Positions 50,440 through 60,388 of a stretch of 64,000 nt of DNA are shown piece by piece (positions within the stretch are counted from its first letter, which is position 1; every line of letters starts with the position of its first letter). Source of the DNA: Leptospiraceae bacterium (GTDB taxonomy: Bacteria > Spirochaetota > Leptospiria > Leptospirales > Leptonemataceae). Where the stretch lies: positions 64,001 through 128,000 of the forward strand of contig JAVJNR010000004.1 in NCBI GenBank assembly GCA_040217195.1, read 5' to 3'. The position numbers and the translations under genes were made by a program. The notes beneath the pieces were generated by a model. The model worked only from the letters and a program-made list of their open reading frames with translations. It had not been told where the DNA came from and made no database searches.

Positions 50440-50628
50440 TCGCAGTCCAGAAAGGCCAAAAAATCGTGGCCATAGGTGAAGGGGAGACGTTTTCCTCTCT
50501 ATAGTGGAAAATGATTCCCATTATTCCCATCAAGATAGCAGGAACCCTCGGGTTCGCTGCAACGAAAGATTCATCTCAAGAAATTGTCCAAAATATAATT
50601 CAGACTCAGTCAGATCCAAGGAAGCCCA

Positions 50629-52494
50629 ATGTCCACTTTACAGTCGGAAACTAAAACCAGTCGAGTAACTACAGCCATTGTTCGATTCGCCGGAGATTCC
50701 GGTGATGGAATGCAGCTGGCAGGAATGCAATTCACCAAAGCCACAGGAATCGCAGGAAACGATCTAATGACCTTTCCCGATTTCCCGGCTGAAATCCGTG
50801 CTCCCCAGGGAACCATGGCCGGAGTATCCGGATTTCAAATTCACTTTGGTAGCGATCATATTCATACTCCCGGAGATCGGGTGGATGTGCTGGTGGCCAT
50901 GAACCCTGCCGCCTTAAAAGCCAACCTCAAGGATCTGCGCCATGGAGGAACCCTCATTGTCAATACCAACGCTTTTGATGAACGGGCTCTTGCAAAGGTG
51001 CAGTATGATTCCAATCCGCTGGAAGATCCCCAGCTTCGCAGTGATTATAACGTGGTGGAAGCTCCCATTTCGGACCTGAACAAAACCGCTCTGGAAGATT
51101 TGAATCTTACGGCCAAAGAGGTGGATCGATCCAAGAATTTTTTTGCTCTGGGCATTACCTTCTGGTTATTCCAGAGAGATATGCAACCTACCATGGACTG
51201 GATTGCCAGTAAATTTCGCAATCATCCCAAGATCCAGCAAGCCAATGAAAGAGTGCTGAAAGCCGGTTATAACTTCGCAGAAACCTGTGAGTTGTTTCAA
51301 AATCGATACGAATTGACCCGTGCCGAATTTGATCCAGGCACCTACAGAAACATTACCGGGAATACGGCGATGGCCATTGGCCTTGCAGCGGCGGCTCACC
51401 TGGCAGATCTACCCATGTTGTATGCAGGCTATCCGATTACTCCTGCATCGGACATCCTCCATGAGATGGCCCGATATAAGAACTATGGAGTAAAGACATT
51501 CCAGGCCGAAGATGAAATCGCCGCTGTATGCGCTGCCATCGGTGCCTCATACGGTGGCACCATTGGAGTCACTGCCTCCTCCGGACCTGGAATCGCACTG
51601 AAGTCAGAAGCCATTAACCTGGCAGTGATGACAGAACTGCCATTGGTCGTCATCAATGTTCAGAGAGCCGGTCCATCCACTGGAATGCCTACCAAGACCG
51701 AGCAGGCAGATCTACTCCAGGTAATGTATGGCAGAAATGGCGAAAGCCCGGTAGCGATTCTGGCTCCATCGCGCCCCTCGGATTGCTTCTCCATAGCCAT
51801 TGAGGCGGTTCGATTGGCTCTTCTCTATATGACTCCGGTATTTATCCTGAGCGATGGCTACCTTGCAAACGGCTCAGAGCCCTGGAAGTTACCTCATCTG
51901 GCTGATCTACCCAAAATCAAAAAGCACTTTGTGCCCGAAGATGCAGATCCGGCCACCTTCCATGCATATGATCGAGATCCAGAAACCCTATCAAGGTTCT
52001 GGCCCGTTCCAGGCAGACCGGGCTTTGAGCATCGTATTGGAGGAATTGAGAAGGATTCCATTACCGGCAACATTAGCTATGATCCGGACAACCACCATAG
52101 AATGGTTGAAATTCGGCATAAAAGAATTGAAGGAATTGCTCAGAGCATTCCAGAACAGGAAGTTTTTGGAGATGAATCCGGAGATGTACTGATGCTTGGT
52201 TGGGGCTCCACCTACGGTTCTATTCGAACAGCCGTAGAGCATATGCGCGACCAGGGACATTCTGTATCCCATGCCCATCTGCAGTATATCAACCCGCTTC
52301 CGCGAAACCTGGAGAGCATTCTACGAAAATTTAAGAAAGTCATAATGCCAGAAATCAATACCGGACAACTGGCCATGATTCTACGTTCCAAATACTTGCT
52401 GGATATAGAACCATTCAGTAAGGTAAGAGGAAGGCCCATTAGCGTGGCGGACCTGGAAGATAAGATTGAAAGCACCATTAAAGGGCTGAGCTAA
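50629..52494 (+). CDS. korA: 2-oxoacid:ferredoxin oxidoreductase, fused gamma-alpha subunit
   Basis: RFAGDSGDGMQ, FPAEIRAP, YPITP, QAEDEIAA, SGPG, QRAGPSTGMPT, GWGST. Confidence 0.93.
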   Translation: MSTLQSETKTSRVTTAIVRFAGDSGDGMQLAGMQFTKATGIAGNDLMTFPDFPAEIRAPQGTMAGVSGFQIHFGSDHIHTPGDRVDVLVAMNPAALKANLKDLRHGGTLIVNTNAFDERALAKVQYDSNPLEDPQLRSDYNVVEAPISDLNKTALEDLNLTAKEVDRSKNFFALGITFWLFQRDMQPTMDWIASKFRNHPKIQQANERVLKAGYNFAETCELFQNRYELTRAEFDPGTYRNITGNTAMAIGLAAAAHLADLPMLYAGYPITPASDILHEMARYKNYGVKTFQAEDEIAAVCAAIGASYGGTIGVTASSGPGIALKSEAINLAVMTELPLVVINVQRAGPSTGMPTKTEQADLLQVMYGRNGESPVAILAPSRPSDCFSIAIEAVRLALLYMTPVFILSDGYLANGSEPWKLPHLADLPKIKKHFVPEDADPATFHAYDRDPETLSRFWPVPGRPGFEHRIGGIEKDSITGNISYDPDNHHRMVEIRHKRIEGIAQSIPEQEVFGDESGDVLMLGWGSTYGSIRTAVEHMRDQGHSVSHAHLQYINPLPRNLESILRKFKKVIMPEINTGQLAMILRSKYLLDIEPFSKVRGRPISVADLEDKIESTIKGLS

Positions 52495-52506
52495 GGAGAA
52501 ATACCA

Positions 52507-53517
52507 GTGAGTAATCCAACTACATTAACAAAAAAAGATTTCACTTCGGACCAGGAAGTCCGCTGGTGCCCTGGCTGCGGTGACTACGCCATTCTTTCTG
52601 CAATTCAGAAAACCATGCCCGAGCTGGGACTGCCCAGAGAAGACATTGTTTTCGTTTCGGGTATTGGCTGTTCCTCTCGGTTTCCTTACTACATGAACAC
52701 CTATGGCTTTCATACAATTCATGGTAGGGCACCGGCCATTGCCAGTGGCCTGAAACTGATGCGACCAGAACTTAGCGTATGGATGATTACCGGCGATGGG
52801 GATGCACTTTCCATCGGTGGAAATCATTTGATCCACATTCTGCGTCGTAATCTGGACATCAATATTCTGCTCTTTAACAATCAGATCTATGGTCTGACCA
52901 AAGGTCAGTACTCCCCTACCAGCAAGGCAGGGACGGTTGCCAAGTCCACACCGGAAGGTTCTCTGGATCATCCATTTTCGGCTCTGTCTCTGGCCATCGG
53001 GGCCGGAGCAACCTTTGCGGCCAGAGTACATGATAAGGACATGAAAATGATGACCGATGTGTTCAAAGCTGCCTACGAACACAAAGGAACCTCATTCGTT
53101 GAAATCTATCAGAATTGCGTAATCTTTAACGATGGAGTTTTCGACGAGTCTGTATCCAAGGATACCCGGCAGGAACATACCATTTATCTGCAGGACAAGA
53201 AGCCCATGCTTTTTGGCCAGGAGCAGGACAAAGGTCTGTTGCTGGAAGGGTATCAGGCCAGGGTAGTTCCTTCAGAGGATGCCACGGATGCAGTAACCAT
53301 CCACGATGCATCCCGGGAAGACCCATCCTTCGCTTTCGCTCTGGCTCAACTTGATCGTCCCCACTTCCCGGTTCCCATGGGCATCCTTCGACAGGTTGAA
53401 AGACCTGTGTATGAGGAGCTGGTTCAGCATCAGGTTGATACAGTCGTGGACAAAAAAGGTAAGGGAGATCTGGAAGCCTTGATACATTCCGGAGATACCT
53501 GGGAAATTAAGAACTAA
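52507..53517 (+). CDS. korB: 2-oxoacid:ferredoxin oxidoreductase, beta subunit
   Basis: WCPGCG, SGIGCSSR, IHGR, TPP motif GDGD...NNQIYGLTKGQ; SD AAGGAG. Confidence 0.95.
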   Translation: MSNPTTLTKKDFTSDQEVRWCPGCGDYAILSAIQKTMPELGLPREDIVFVSGIGCSSRFPYYMNTYGFHTIHGRAPAIASGLKLMRPELSVWMITGDGDALSIGGNHLIHILRRNLDINILLFNNQIYGLTKGQYSPTSKAGTVAKSTPEGSLDHPFSALSLAIGAGATFAARVHDKDMKMMTDVFKAAYEHKGTSFVEIYQNCVIFNDGVFDESVSKDTRQEHTIYLQDKKPMLFGQEQDKGLLLEGYQARVVPSEDATDAVTIHDASREDPSFAFALAQLDRPHFPVPMGILRQVERPVYEELVQHQVDTVVDKKGKGDLEALIHSGDTWEIKN

Positions 53518-53527
53518 CCTCGCCCTC

Positions 53528-53550
53528 CAGGGCCTCAAAGGCCCTGTTTT
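53528..53550 (+). terminator. Intrinsic terminator after korB
   Basis: CAGGGCCT-CAA-AGGCCCTG followed by TTTT and a further T run. Confidence 0.8.
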
Positions 53551-53666
53551 CCCATTTTTTTTATCTGTGGAGCCCCGCTCTCTGATTTTTTACTATGCAA
53601 GCAAAAGTTGCTTGCTTACTTGCACTGAAATTCGCGCATGCGAAATTCCATTTGGAGGGAGGTGAA

Positions 53667-54083
53667 ATGGAAGATCCGCTCGGTGAACACTACATCATTG
53701 AACTATACGAGTGCAGTCATGAAGTACTGGATAATCTCGAACAGGTTCAAACAACCCTGCTGGATGCAGCAGATATATCGGGAGCTACGATCGTAGATCA
53801 AAGGTTCCACAAATTCAGTCCGCAGGGAGTTTCAGGAGTGGTGGTTATCGCCGAATCCCACCTGAGCATCCACACCTGGCCAGAGCTCGGCTATGCAGCT
53901 CTGGATCTATTTACTTGCAGTAAGGATATGGACATCCAGAAGGCACTGGATCTGCTCAAGCAGGTCTTTAAGCCAGGAGACATGGTCGTTGAATACATTC
54001 AGCGCGGTCTAATGGATCCAACCTATCGCAAGAATCAAAGACTACACCAATACAGGCAGGCCCTGGCGGCCGGTCGACAGTAA
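53667..54083 (+). CDS. speD: S-adenosylmethionine decarboxylase proenzyme (class 1B)
   Basis: LGEHYIIELYEC, FSPQGVSGVVVIAE/SHLSIHTWPELGYAALDLFTC; strong SD GGAGG before ATG 53667. Confidence 0.93.
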   Translation: MEDPLGEHYIIELYECSHEVLDNLEQVQTTLLDAADISGATIVDQRFHKFSPQGVSGVVVIAESHLSIHTWPELGYAALDLFTCSKDMDIQKALDLLKQVFKPGDMVVEYIQRGLMDPTYRKNQRLHQYRQALAAGRQ

Positions 54084-54094
54084 GGAGGGCAGAC

Positions 54095-54997
54095 ATGCTT
54101 GTTGCTACCAAGAAAGTACAATCTCATCTGTCCGATGCTGCCGAAATGCGGCAATCAGCGGTTTCTGGAAGTGGTGTGTTTGCCACAAGGTCCATCAAGA
54201 AAGATGAGCTTGTGGCCCTATGGGGTGGTACCATCTACCGAGAGGATCAACTGGAATCACTTCCTTCCGAGCTTCGTCATTACCTGTTGCAGGTAGACGA
54301 AACTCTATACATTGGCCCGTCCGACCTTGAGAATGTGGACGATTCAGAGTTCTTCAATCATTCCTGCGAACCCAATCTGGGCTTCAAAGGACAGGTGGCC
54401 CTGGTTGCCATGCGAGACATTGAAGCAGGCGAAGAGCTGACTTTCGACTATGCAATGGCCGAAACCTACGATCAGGAATTTTTCTGTGGTTGTGGTTCGG
54501 ATCTGTGTCGAGGTAACATTCGTGGAACGGACCCGCATCTGCCACAACTCCAGAAGCGGTATCAGGGATACTTCAGTTCATGGCTGGAGAAAAAACTGAA
54601 TGTAAAACCAGAAGACCTGGCAGGAAATCTTCAATTCGAAGAAACCGGAGCCTGGGGTCTGGTAACAGCTCTGGATTTGCACGATTGCGACGGAGACACG
54701 ATTCGTAGCCGGGAAAAGATCTACGAGTTCACTATTGAGCTATGCGATCGAATCCAGGTAAAAAGATTTGGTGAGCCTACAATTGTTCATTTTGGCGAAG
54801 ATGAGCGAGTGGCGGGTTACTCTCTGGTTCAGCTAATTGAAACATCTCTGGTAAGCGGTCACTTTGCCAATGCAACGAACCGAGTCTATCTGGATGTGTT
54901 CAGCTGTGCCTGGTACAATCCAACGGAAATTGTTAAGTTTGCGGCGGACTATTTTGGCGCTCGCGACTATAACGTAAATATCTATCTGCGTCACTGA
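54095..54997 (+). CDS. SET/post-SET methyltransferase fused to a SpeD-like pyruvoyl-dependent decarboxylase domain
   Basis: aa ~17-165: GSGVFA, FFNHSCEPN, GEELTFDY, post-SET CGCGSDLCRG. aa ~186-300: WG...DLHDC, GYSLVQLIETSLVSGHF...YLDVFSC. SD AAGGAGG. Confidence 0.85.
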   Translation: MLVATKKVQSHLSDAAEMRQSAVSGSGVFATRSIKKDELVALWGGTIYREDQLESLPSELRHYLLQVDETLYIGPSDLENVDDSEFFNHSCEPNLGFKGQVALVAMRDIEAGEELTFDYAMAETYDQEFFCGCGSDLCRGNIRGTDPHLPQLQKRYQGYFSSWLEKKLNVKPEDLAGNLQFEETGAWGLVTALDLHDCDGDTIRSREKIYEFTIELCDRIQVKRFGEPTIVHFGEDERVAGYSLVQLIETSLVSGHFANATNRVYLDVFSCAWYNPTEIVKFAADYFGARDYNVNIYLRH

Positions 54998-55028
54998 TTG
55001 CCCTGGCATATCGGAGACTTTTAATCGT

Positions 55029-55050
55029 GGGCCCTGTTCAGGGCCCTTTT
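55029..55050 (+). terminator. Intrinsic terminator after the speD / SET-SpeD unit
   Basis: GGGCCCTG-TT-CAGGGCCC followed by TTTT. Confidence 0.8.
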
Positions 55051-55097
55051 CATTTTCGATCAGTTCTGTCTTTCATTCAAATTCTGCAATTCTAAGC

Positions 55098-57533
55098 CTA
55101 TTTTCGAATGTAGGCACCTTCAATGGCTTCAGCATTCATGGGACGACCAAATAGAAATCCCTGTCCTTCATTACAGCCTGAATCCACCAGATGCATTCTC
55201 TGGTCCTCGTTTTCGATTCCTTCCGCTATAACTGAAAAGCCCAGGTTCTTCCCCAGGGCAACAATCGCTGCTGAAATCGCCGACAGACTTGAGTCATCGG
55301 GTAATCCCTGAATAAAGGATCGGTCGATTTTCAGCCTGTCGACCGGCAAATCCCTTAAATAGCTTAGCGAAGAGTAGCCCACTCCAAAGTCATCAATGGC
55401 AATTCTTACTCCCTGACTGCGTAATAGATGCAGCTGTTCCAAAATCGAGGATTCCAGGCCAATCAATGAATTCTCGGTGATTTCAATCTCTAGCTTTTCC
55501 GGTGGCAGTCCAGTTTCCTTTAAGATTGCCATTACCCGGGAGGAAAAATCTCCGTTCTGAATCTGCACAGGCGAAGCGTTAACAGCAATGCAGTCGATGT
55601 GCATTCCCATGGACAACCAGGTCCGGGTTTGTCTGCAGGCCTCTTCCAGTACCCATTCTCCCAGCGGAATAATGAGGCCCAGTTGCTCGGCCACTGGAAT
55701 AAACTCATCTGGAGGAATCAGTGTATCTTCAGTTTTCCATCGAACCAGTGCTTCCAGTCCTAGAAGAGCGCCATTCACAAGATCTATTTGCGGTTGATAG
55801 TGCAAAATGAATTCATTGTGCTGCAATGCCTTTCGCAGTTCCGAACCCAGGTGAATTCTGCGCATTGCTTCATCGGTGAGATCCTGACTGAAGAATCTGT
55901 ATCGCATGGAGTCTTTTTTGGCACGATACATGGCAGTATCTGCCTGCTGAATCAATTCCTCAACGGTTGATCCATGATCCGGATACATGCTCATACCCAG
56001 ACTGGCCGATATGGCCACTTTTCGATCTCCAAGAGTAAATGGCTCCTCCATGGCCTGCACCAGATCATCGGCCACAAGAGCCACTTCACCGGCGGACTGA
56101 GGTCCGGGCACCAGAACCAGAAATTCATCGCCTCCGAACCGGGCCAGAGTCTGATCCGAACGTATGGCCTCGCTCAGCCTGGCGCCCACATCTCGCAGCA
56201 GTCGATCTCCGGTGGGATGGCCCAGGCTATCATTCACATCCTTGAAGTTATTCAGATCTAGAAAAATGATGCCTACCTTATCGCCCATTTTGTCTGCCAG
56301 GGTCATCGCCTGCCCAAGACGCTCTTCGAATAGAAGCCGATTGGACAGACCTGTTAGCGGATCTGAATGGGCCATTCGCTCCAATTTATGCTGATAATCT
56401 TTGATGCTTGAAATATCTGAAAAGATAGCCAGATACTGGATCACGTCTCCCTGGCTGTTTCGTACTTCTGTGACTGTAGATAGTTCAGGAAAGATACTTC
56501 CATCCTTTCTGCGATTCCAGATTTCTCCGCTCCAGTAGCCTTTACTGGAAAGCGCAGCCCACATGGATTCATAAAAGGCTTTACTGTGAAAACCGCTGGC
56601 CAGCAGTCTAGGGTTTCGTCCCAGAACGTCCTGCTCGGAATAGCCAGTAATTCTGGTAAATGCACGATTCACGGCAACAATGCGAACATCCGCATCAGTA
56701 ATCAGTATTCCTTCCTGGGTATGCTCGAAAACGGCTGCTGCCTGTCTTAACTGGCTTTCCTGCTTCTTGAGATCAGAGATATCTTCAACAATACCATCGA
56801 ATACTTGTCTGCCATCGCTGGTTAATCGAGTACTGGCCGTTATCGCAATCCAGATTGCTCTTCCCCTCAATGTCCTTAGTTTTAGCTCACTACGTCTCAC
56901 AGATCCATGGGCCAGAACTTCTTCTGAGAATTTGGCCCGATCGTCCGGATCCTCATAAAGCTCGAATGGACTGTGCTTCAAAAAATCTTCAACCGAATCT
57001 GCTTCAAAGATCCGTGCCATGGCAGGATTGGCTTCTAAAAATCTTCCATGAACTCCCGGTTCATTACGATACACTCCCACGGGCAATGCATCGAATAGGT
57101 CTTTGTACTCTATAAGGCTTTGCTGTAGAATCTTAGGTTCGGTATAATCATGTATAATAGAATGAAGATAGCGCTTACCCAGAATCTCGACCGGACCTGA
57201 ATAGACCTTCACGAAACGTATATCGCCCGATGAAGTTCGATGCTTGAATTCAAAATAGCGACGCTCCTCCAGGTGAGCCCGTTGCATTTCCGCAGCTACC
57301 TCTTCTGGAGGTAATTGATTGATATCCTGAATTCGCATGGACCGGAATTCATCCAGGCTGTAGCCGTAGAAATCCTGAGCGGCCGGGTTCGCATCCACGA
57401 TGCTGCCAGTCTCTGGATCAATCAGTAGTTTGGGAGCTGTATTCCTTGTGAACATTTCATGGTAAATGAACACAAAGTCCTGCCGGGACTCATCGGCACC
57501 ATTAAGAAAATCTGGCGAATTATCAAGATTCAT
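55098..57533 (-). CDS. PAS-PAS-PAS-GGDEF-EAL c-di-GMP signalling protein
   Basis: Three PAS/PAC units ([31 protein letters not shown]), [37 protein letters not shown]. Confidence 0.95.
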   Translation of the reverse strand: MNLDNSPDFLNGADESRQDFVFIYHEMFTRNTAPKLLIDPETGSIVDANPAAQDFYGYSLDEFRSMRIQDINQLPPEEVAAEMQRAHLEERRYFEFKHRTSSGDIRFVKVYSGPVEILGKRYLHSIIHDYTEPKILQQSLIEYKDLFDALPVGVYRNEPGVHGRFLEANPAMARIFEADSVEDFLKHSPFELYEDPDDRAKFSEEVLAHGSVRRSELKLRTLRGRAIWIAITASTRLTSDGRQVFDGIVEDISDLKKQESQLRQAAAVFEHTQEGILITDADVRIVAVNRAFTRITGYSEQDVLGRNPRLLASGFHSKAFYESMWAALSSKGYWSGEIWNRRKDGSIFPELSTVTEVRNSQGDVIQYLAIFSDISSIKDYQHKLERMAHSDPLTGLSNRLLFEERLGQAMTLADKMGDKVGIIFLDLNNFKDVNDSLGHPTGDRLLRDVGARLSEAIRSDQTLARFGGDEFLVLVPGPQSAGEVALVADDLVQAMEEPFTLGDRKVAISASLGMSMYPDHGSTVEELIQQADTAMYRAKKDSMRYRFFSQDLTDEAMRRIHLGSELRKALQHNEFILHYQPQIDLVNGALLGLEALVRWKTEDTLIPPDEFIPVAEQLGLIIPLGEWVLEEACRQTRTWLSMGMHIDCIAVNASPVQIQNGDFSSRVMAILKETGLPPEKLEIEITENSLIGLESSILEQLHLLRSQGVRIAIDDFGVGYSSLSYLRDLPVDRLKIDRSFIQGLPDDSSLSAISAAIVALGKNLGFSVIAEGIENEDQRMHLVDSGCNEGQGFLFGRPMNAEAIEGAYIRK

Positions 57534-57671
57534 GATAGAGAGGCACTCCGAGACATAGCATCCAGTTCAGTCTTCGCAGGCATATAGAAAACACAGACCG
57601 AAATCCAATCTCCCACGGTCAGTCCAGCACCGGTGAAGTAAATGTCCAGAGGATCTGCAGAATTTTGCCCG

Positions 57672-58124
57672 CTAAATGAGCTCAAGCACTACCTGGTCGC
57701 GTAACTGAATCCCGTTCTCAAAGAGGGGGTAGTCATAGTTACTAGAAAAATAATCTGGCACAATTTGAACCATGCGAAATCCAAGCTTCTGGTATAGAGC
57801 CAGGGCAGCAAAGGAAGTGCTTCCGGTACGCACAATGATTGGACGGGCAGCCTGTTGTAGTAAAAATTCCAGCATACGAAGCGCCAATCCGCGACGACAA
57901 TACTCCGTCTTCACCGCAAGATTATAGATCTCCTGCTTTGAACCCTCCGACGCTCCAAAGACACAGAGACCCACCGGCTCATCCTGCTCATAGGAACAGA
58001 CAGCCATGCAGTGAGGTACGTAGGTGCGAATGGACTCCTCCGAAGGATCGGCTGTAAGCAATAGATCAAGATACGGAGGGCTAAGAAGAACAGATCCGTT
58101 AATCAATTCCATCATTTGACCCAA
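57672..58124 (-). CDS. GNAT family N-acetyltransferase
   Basis: LLLTADPS, EIYNLAV..RRGLA, ALALYQKLGF, ENGIQLRD; exact start uncertain. Confidence 0.85.
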   Translation of the reverse strand: MGQMMELINGSVLLSPPYLDLLLTADPSEESIRTYVPHCMAVCSYEQDEPVGLCVFGASEGSKQEIYNLAVKTEYCRRGLALRMLEFLLQQAARPIIVRTGSTSFAALALYQKLGFRMVQIVPDYFSSNYDYPLFENGIQLRDQVVLELI

Positions 58125-58801
58125 CTTCGCAGATCTGCCAGAGAAGCAAAGAGAGCATCCAACCTGGCTGGATCCTTTCTGCCCGGGACTCCTGTTTCCA
58201 GCCCAGATGCAATATCTACACCCATGGCATGACTGTTCAGAAGCCTATGTCGAGCATTCTCTGGATTGATTCCTCCGGCCAGCATATAGGGCAGTTGAAC
58301 ATCCTGTATCCAGGATTCCGGAATCTCCTTTCCCGTTCCTCCCAGGGCTCCGGTAACCTTTCGATCCAGAAGATAGAGTTGAGCTGAGGCCAGAGACTTA
58401 AGATCTTCGTCTGTAACAGGGGCCCCAACATGTACCACCGGCCACATTGGCAGTTCAATCCCCTGGCCACGCAAGAATTGCTCCATGCGATAAATGTCCT
58501 GGGAGCTGCCAATAATCTGGATGGCATCCAGATCCAGAGAAGGCCTATCCTCCAAATAACGTACCAGAAGCAATTTGAGCAGCCGGACCATTTCATCCAG
58601 GCCCATTCCGCCCATTACAGCCACATGCTGGATTCCAGGGTGATTCAGCCGAATACTACGTATGATCCGGATCGCTTTGTCTGGAGAGATCCGTCTTCGG
58701 CTGGAAGGAACAAAGATCCAGCCCATGTAATCCGGCTCATAGGAGGCCACCATATGGGCATCCATAGCATATAGATTTCCACAGACCTTTATCCGAGCCA
58801 T
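58112..58801 (-). CDS. trpF: Phosphoribosylanthranilate isomerase
   Basis: RIKVCG, DYMGWIF..SRR, LLD...GGTG, LAGGINPEN, GVDIASGLE..PGRKD. Confidence 0.9.
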   Translation of the reverse strand: MARIKVCGNLYAMDAHMVASYEPDYMGWIFVPSSRRRISPDKAIRIIRSIRLNHPGIQHVAVMGGMGLDEMVRLLKLLLVRYLEDRPSLDLDAIQIIGSSQDIYRMEQFLRGQGIELPMWPVVHVGAPVTDEDLKSLASAQLYLLDRKVTGALGGTGKEIPESWIQDVQLPYMLAGGINPENARHRLLNSHAMGVDIASGLETGVPGRKDPARLDALFASLADLRSWVK

Positions 58802-58880
58802 GGCCCAGCCTCCCCCGACCGAAAGAAGTGGGAATCACTTTCCTCCTTGCAATTGTATCGCCAGAAAAAATCCTGCAAGT

Positions 58881-59546
58881 ATGTACTCCGGGGGTGAGGA
58901 AGAATACATCGATTCACTGGAAGATGAGATTCTAGAAAAGATGACCTGGCTCAGTGCGCCATCCAGAACGCATCTGGCTGAAAGTCAGATACTGAGGGCC
59001 GGACCTTTTCGAAAATCTCCTATCTGGATCCATTCGCCTGTTAGAACTCAGGATCCTGGCATCTATCAATTCAGACCGGCAGGACTGTGCAATTATCTCA
59101 CCGTACGCCGCCTGGTGCCGGACTTTAACCTGAAAGCTATCTGGCTATTACCAGAATTTGTGGGCGGGGCCGGTCACAGCCTCACCCATCTGTGGATCCC
59201 CGAACGCCAGATGCTGGTATTTTATCTATGCCCATTGCGCATTTATGGTTCCTCTACGAAGGAACAGGAACTGGAAAAACCGGCAGGAAGCTATTCTGCA
59301 GGCAACATCCCAATGCAGAGACTGGAAACCCTTCGGTCTGGCCAGTTACCTGCAGGAAGAATGAAGCAACCACGGCCACTGCTGGACTCTGTTTTAGAGA
59401 GCATCGCAGAAAATCCAGGGGCGGAAGCCGGACTGAGCAAGTTCCTTATATCCGACTCCGCTCTCACCGATCGAGAACTGGCCGATATGGAACGAATTAG
59501 CTATAGCTGGAAACGAGCCCTGATTGAAAGAAGGAACAGATATTGA
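58881..59546 (+). CDS. Hypothetical protein
   Basis: ORF coupled to pgeF by overlap; start moved to ATG 58881 to avoid head-to-head overlap with trpF. Confidence 0.55.
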   Translation: MYSGGEEEYIDSLEDEILEKMTWLSAPSRTHLAESQILRAGPFRKSPIWIHSPVRTQDPGIYQFRPAGLCNYLTVRRLVPDFNLKAIWLLPEFVGGAGHSLTHLWIPERQMLVFYLCPLRIYGSSTKEQELEKPAGSYSAGNIPMQRLETLRSGQLPAGRMKQPRPLLDSVLESIAENPGAEAGLSKFLISDSALTDRELADMERISYSWKRALIERRNRY

Positions 59547-60388
59547 TGCAAACAAAAAGTTCCCATACCTATACCAGTGGAAGAATTGAGGCCCAGGTGT
59601 TTGGCATGGAAGCTCTGAGACACCTGGAGCATCAGTTTCCTTCTGGAACGCCGGAAGATTCGGAGCACAGAAACCTCAGACCGGATGCCAGCGGACATGG
59701 AATTCAGGACGCTGCACTTGCAAGAAAACAAATCGAAAGAGATTTTCTATCAGGAGCCCTGGAATTGCCTGCGGAGCGAATCTTCTTCCTGAAACAAATT
59801 CATGGACCGGATGTGATTCGCATAACGGAGCATGATTTTATTTCAGCCAATCTGCCTATTGCAGTGGCCGACGGAATGATTACTCAGGAAACGGATGTAG
59901 CTCTAGTCATTCGCACAGCAGATTGCCTTCCTCTATTCTTTCATTCAGGAACACAGGCAGATTCCACGCTGGCCGGGGTGATACATTGCGGTTGGCGAGG
60001 GCTTTCCAGGGGAATTATTCCCAGAGCTCTGGACCTAATTACATTCCTGGTGGAACAGATGAAGAGGGAAAAGAAAGATGTAGATCCGAACATCACAGTG
60101 TTTCCCGGTCCCTACATCTGCCCCTCTACCTATGAAGTGGGTCATGAAGTAGCTGCTCAATTTCCAATTATCCAGGAGAAGCGATCCGCACGCGGAAGGC
60201 CCCTGCTGGATTTATACAAGAATGCAGCCCTTCAACTTGAAAAGGCTGCACCCTCTGCAAAAGCACAGTTCCATCTGGAAGATCCATTACAGGCCCAGGA
60301 TGAAAGCAGATTTAAATATTTCTATTCTCATCGACGGGGCGACCGGGCAAGAAATCTGAACGTAATTCGTGTGAAGGGGGCCAGGTGA
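59546..60388 (+). CDS. pgeF: YfiH/PgeF (purine nucleoside phosphorylase / peptidoglycan editing) family protein
   Basis: QIHG, ADGMIT, RTADCLP, IHCGWRG, GPYIC...YEVG, FYSHRR. Confidence 0.88.
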   Translation: MQTKSSHTYTSGRIEAQVFGMEALRHLEHQFPSGTPEDSEHRNLRPDASGHGIQDAALARKQIERDFLSGALELPAERIFFLKQIHGPDVIRITEHDFISANLPIAVADGMITQETDVALVIRTADCLPLFFHSGTQADSTLAGVIHCGWRGLSRGIIPRALDLITFLVEQMKREKKDVDPNITVFPGPYICPSTYEVGHEVAAQFPIIQEKRSARGRPLLDLYKNAALQLEKAAPSAKAQFHLEDPLQAQDESRFKYFYSHRRGDRARNLNVIRVKGAR

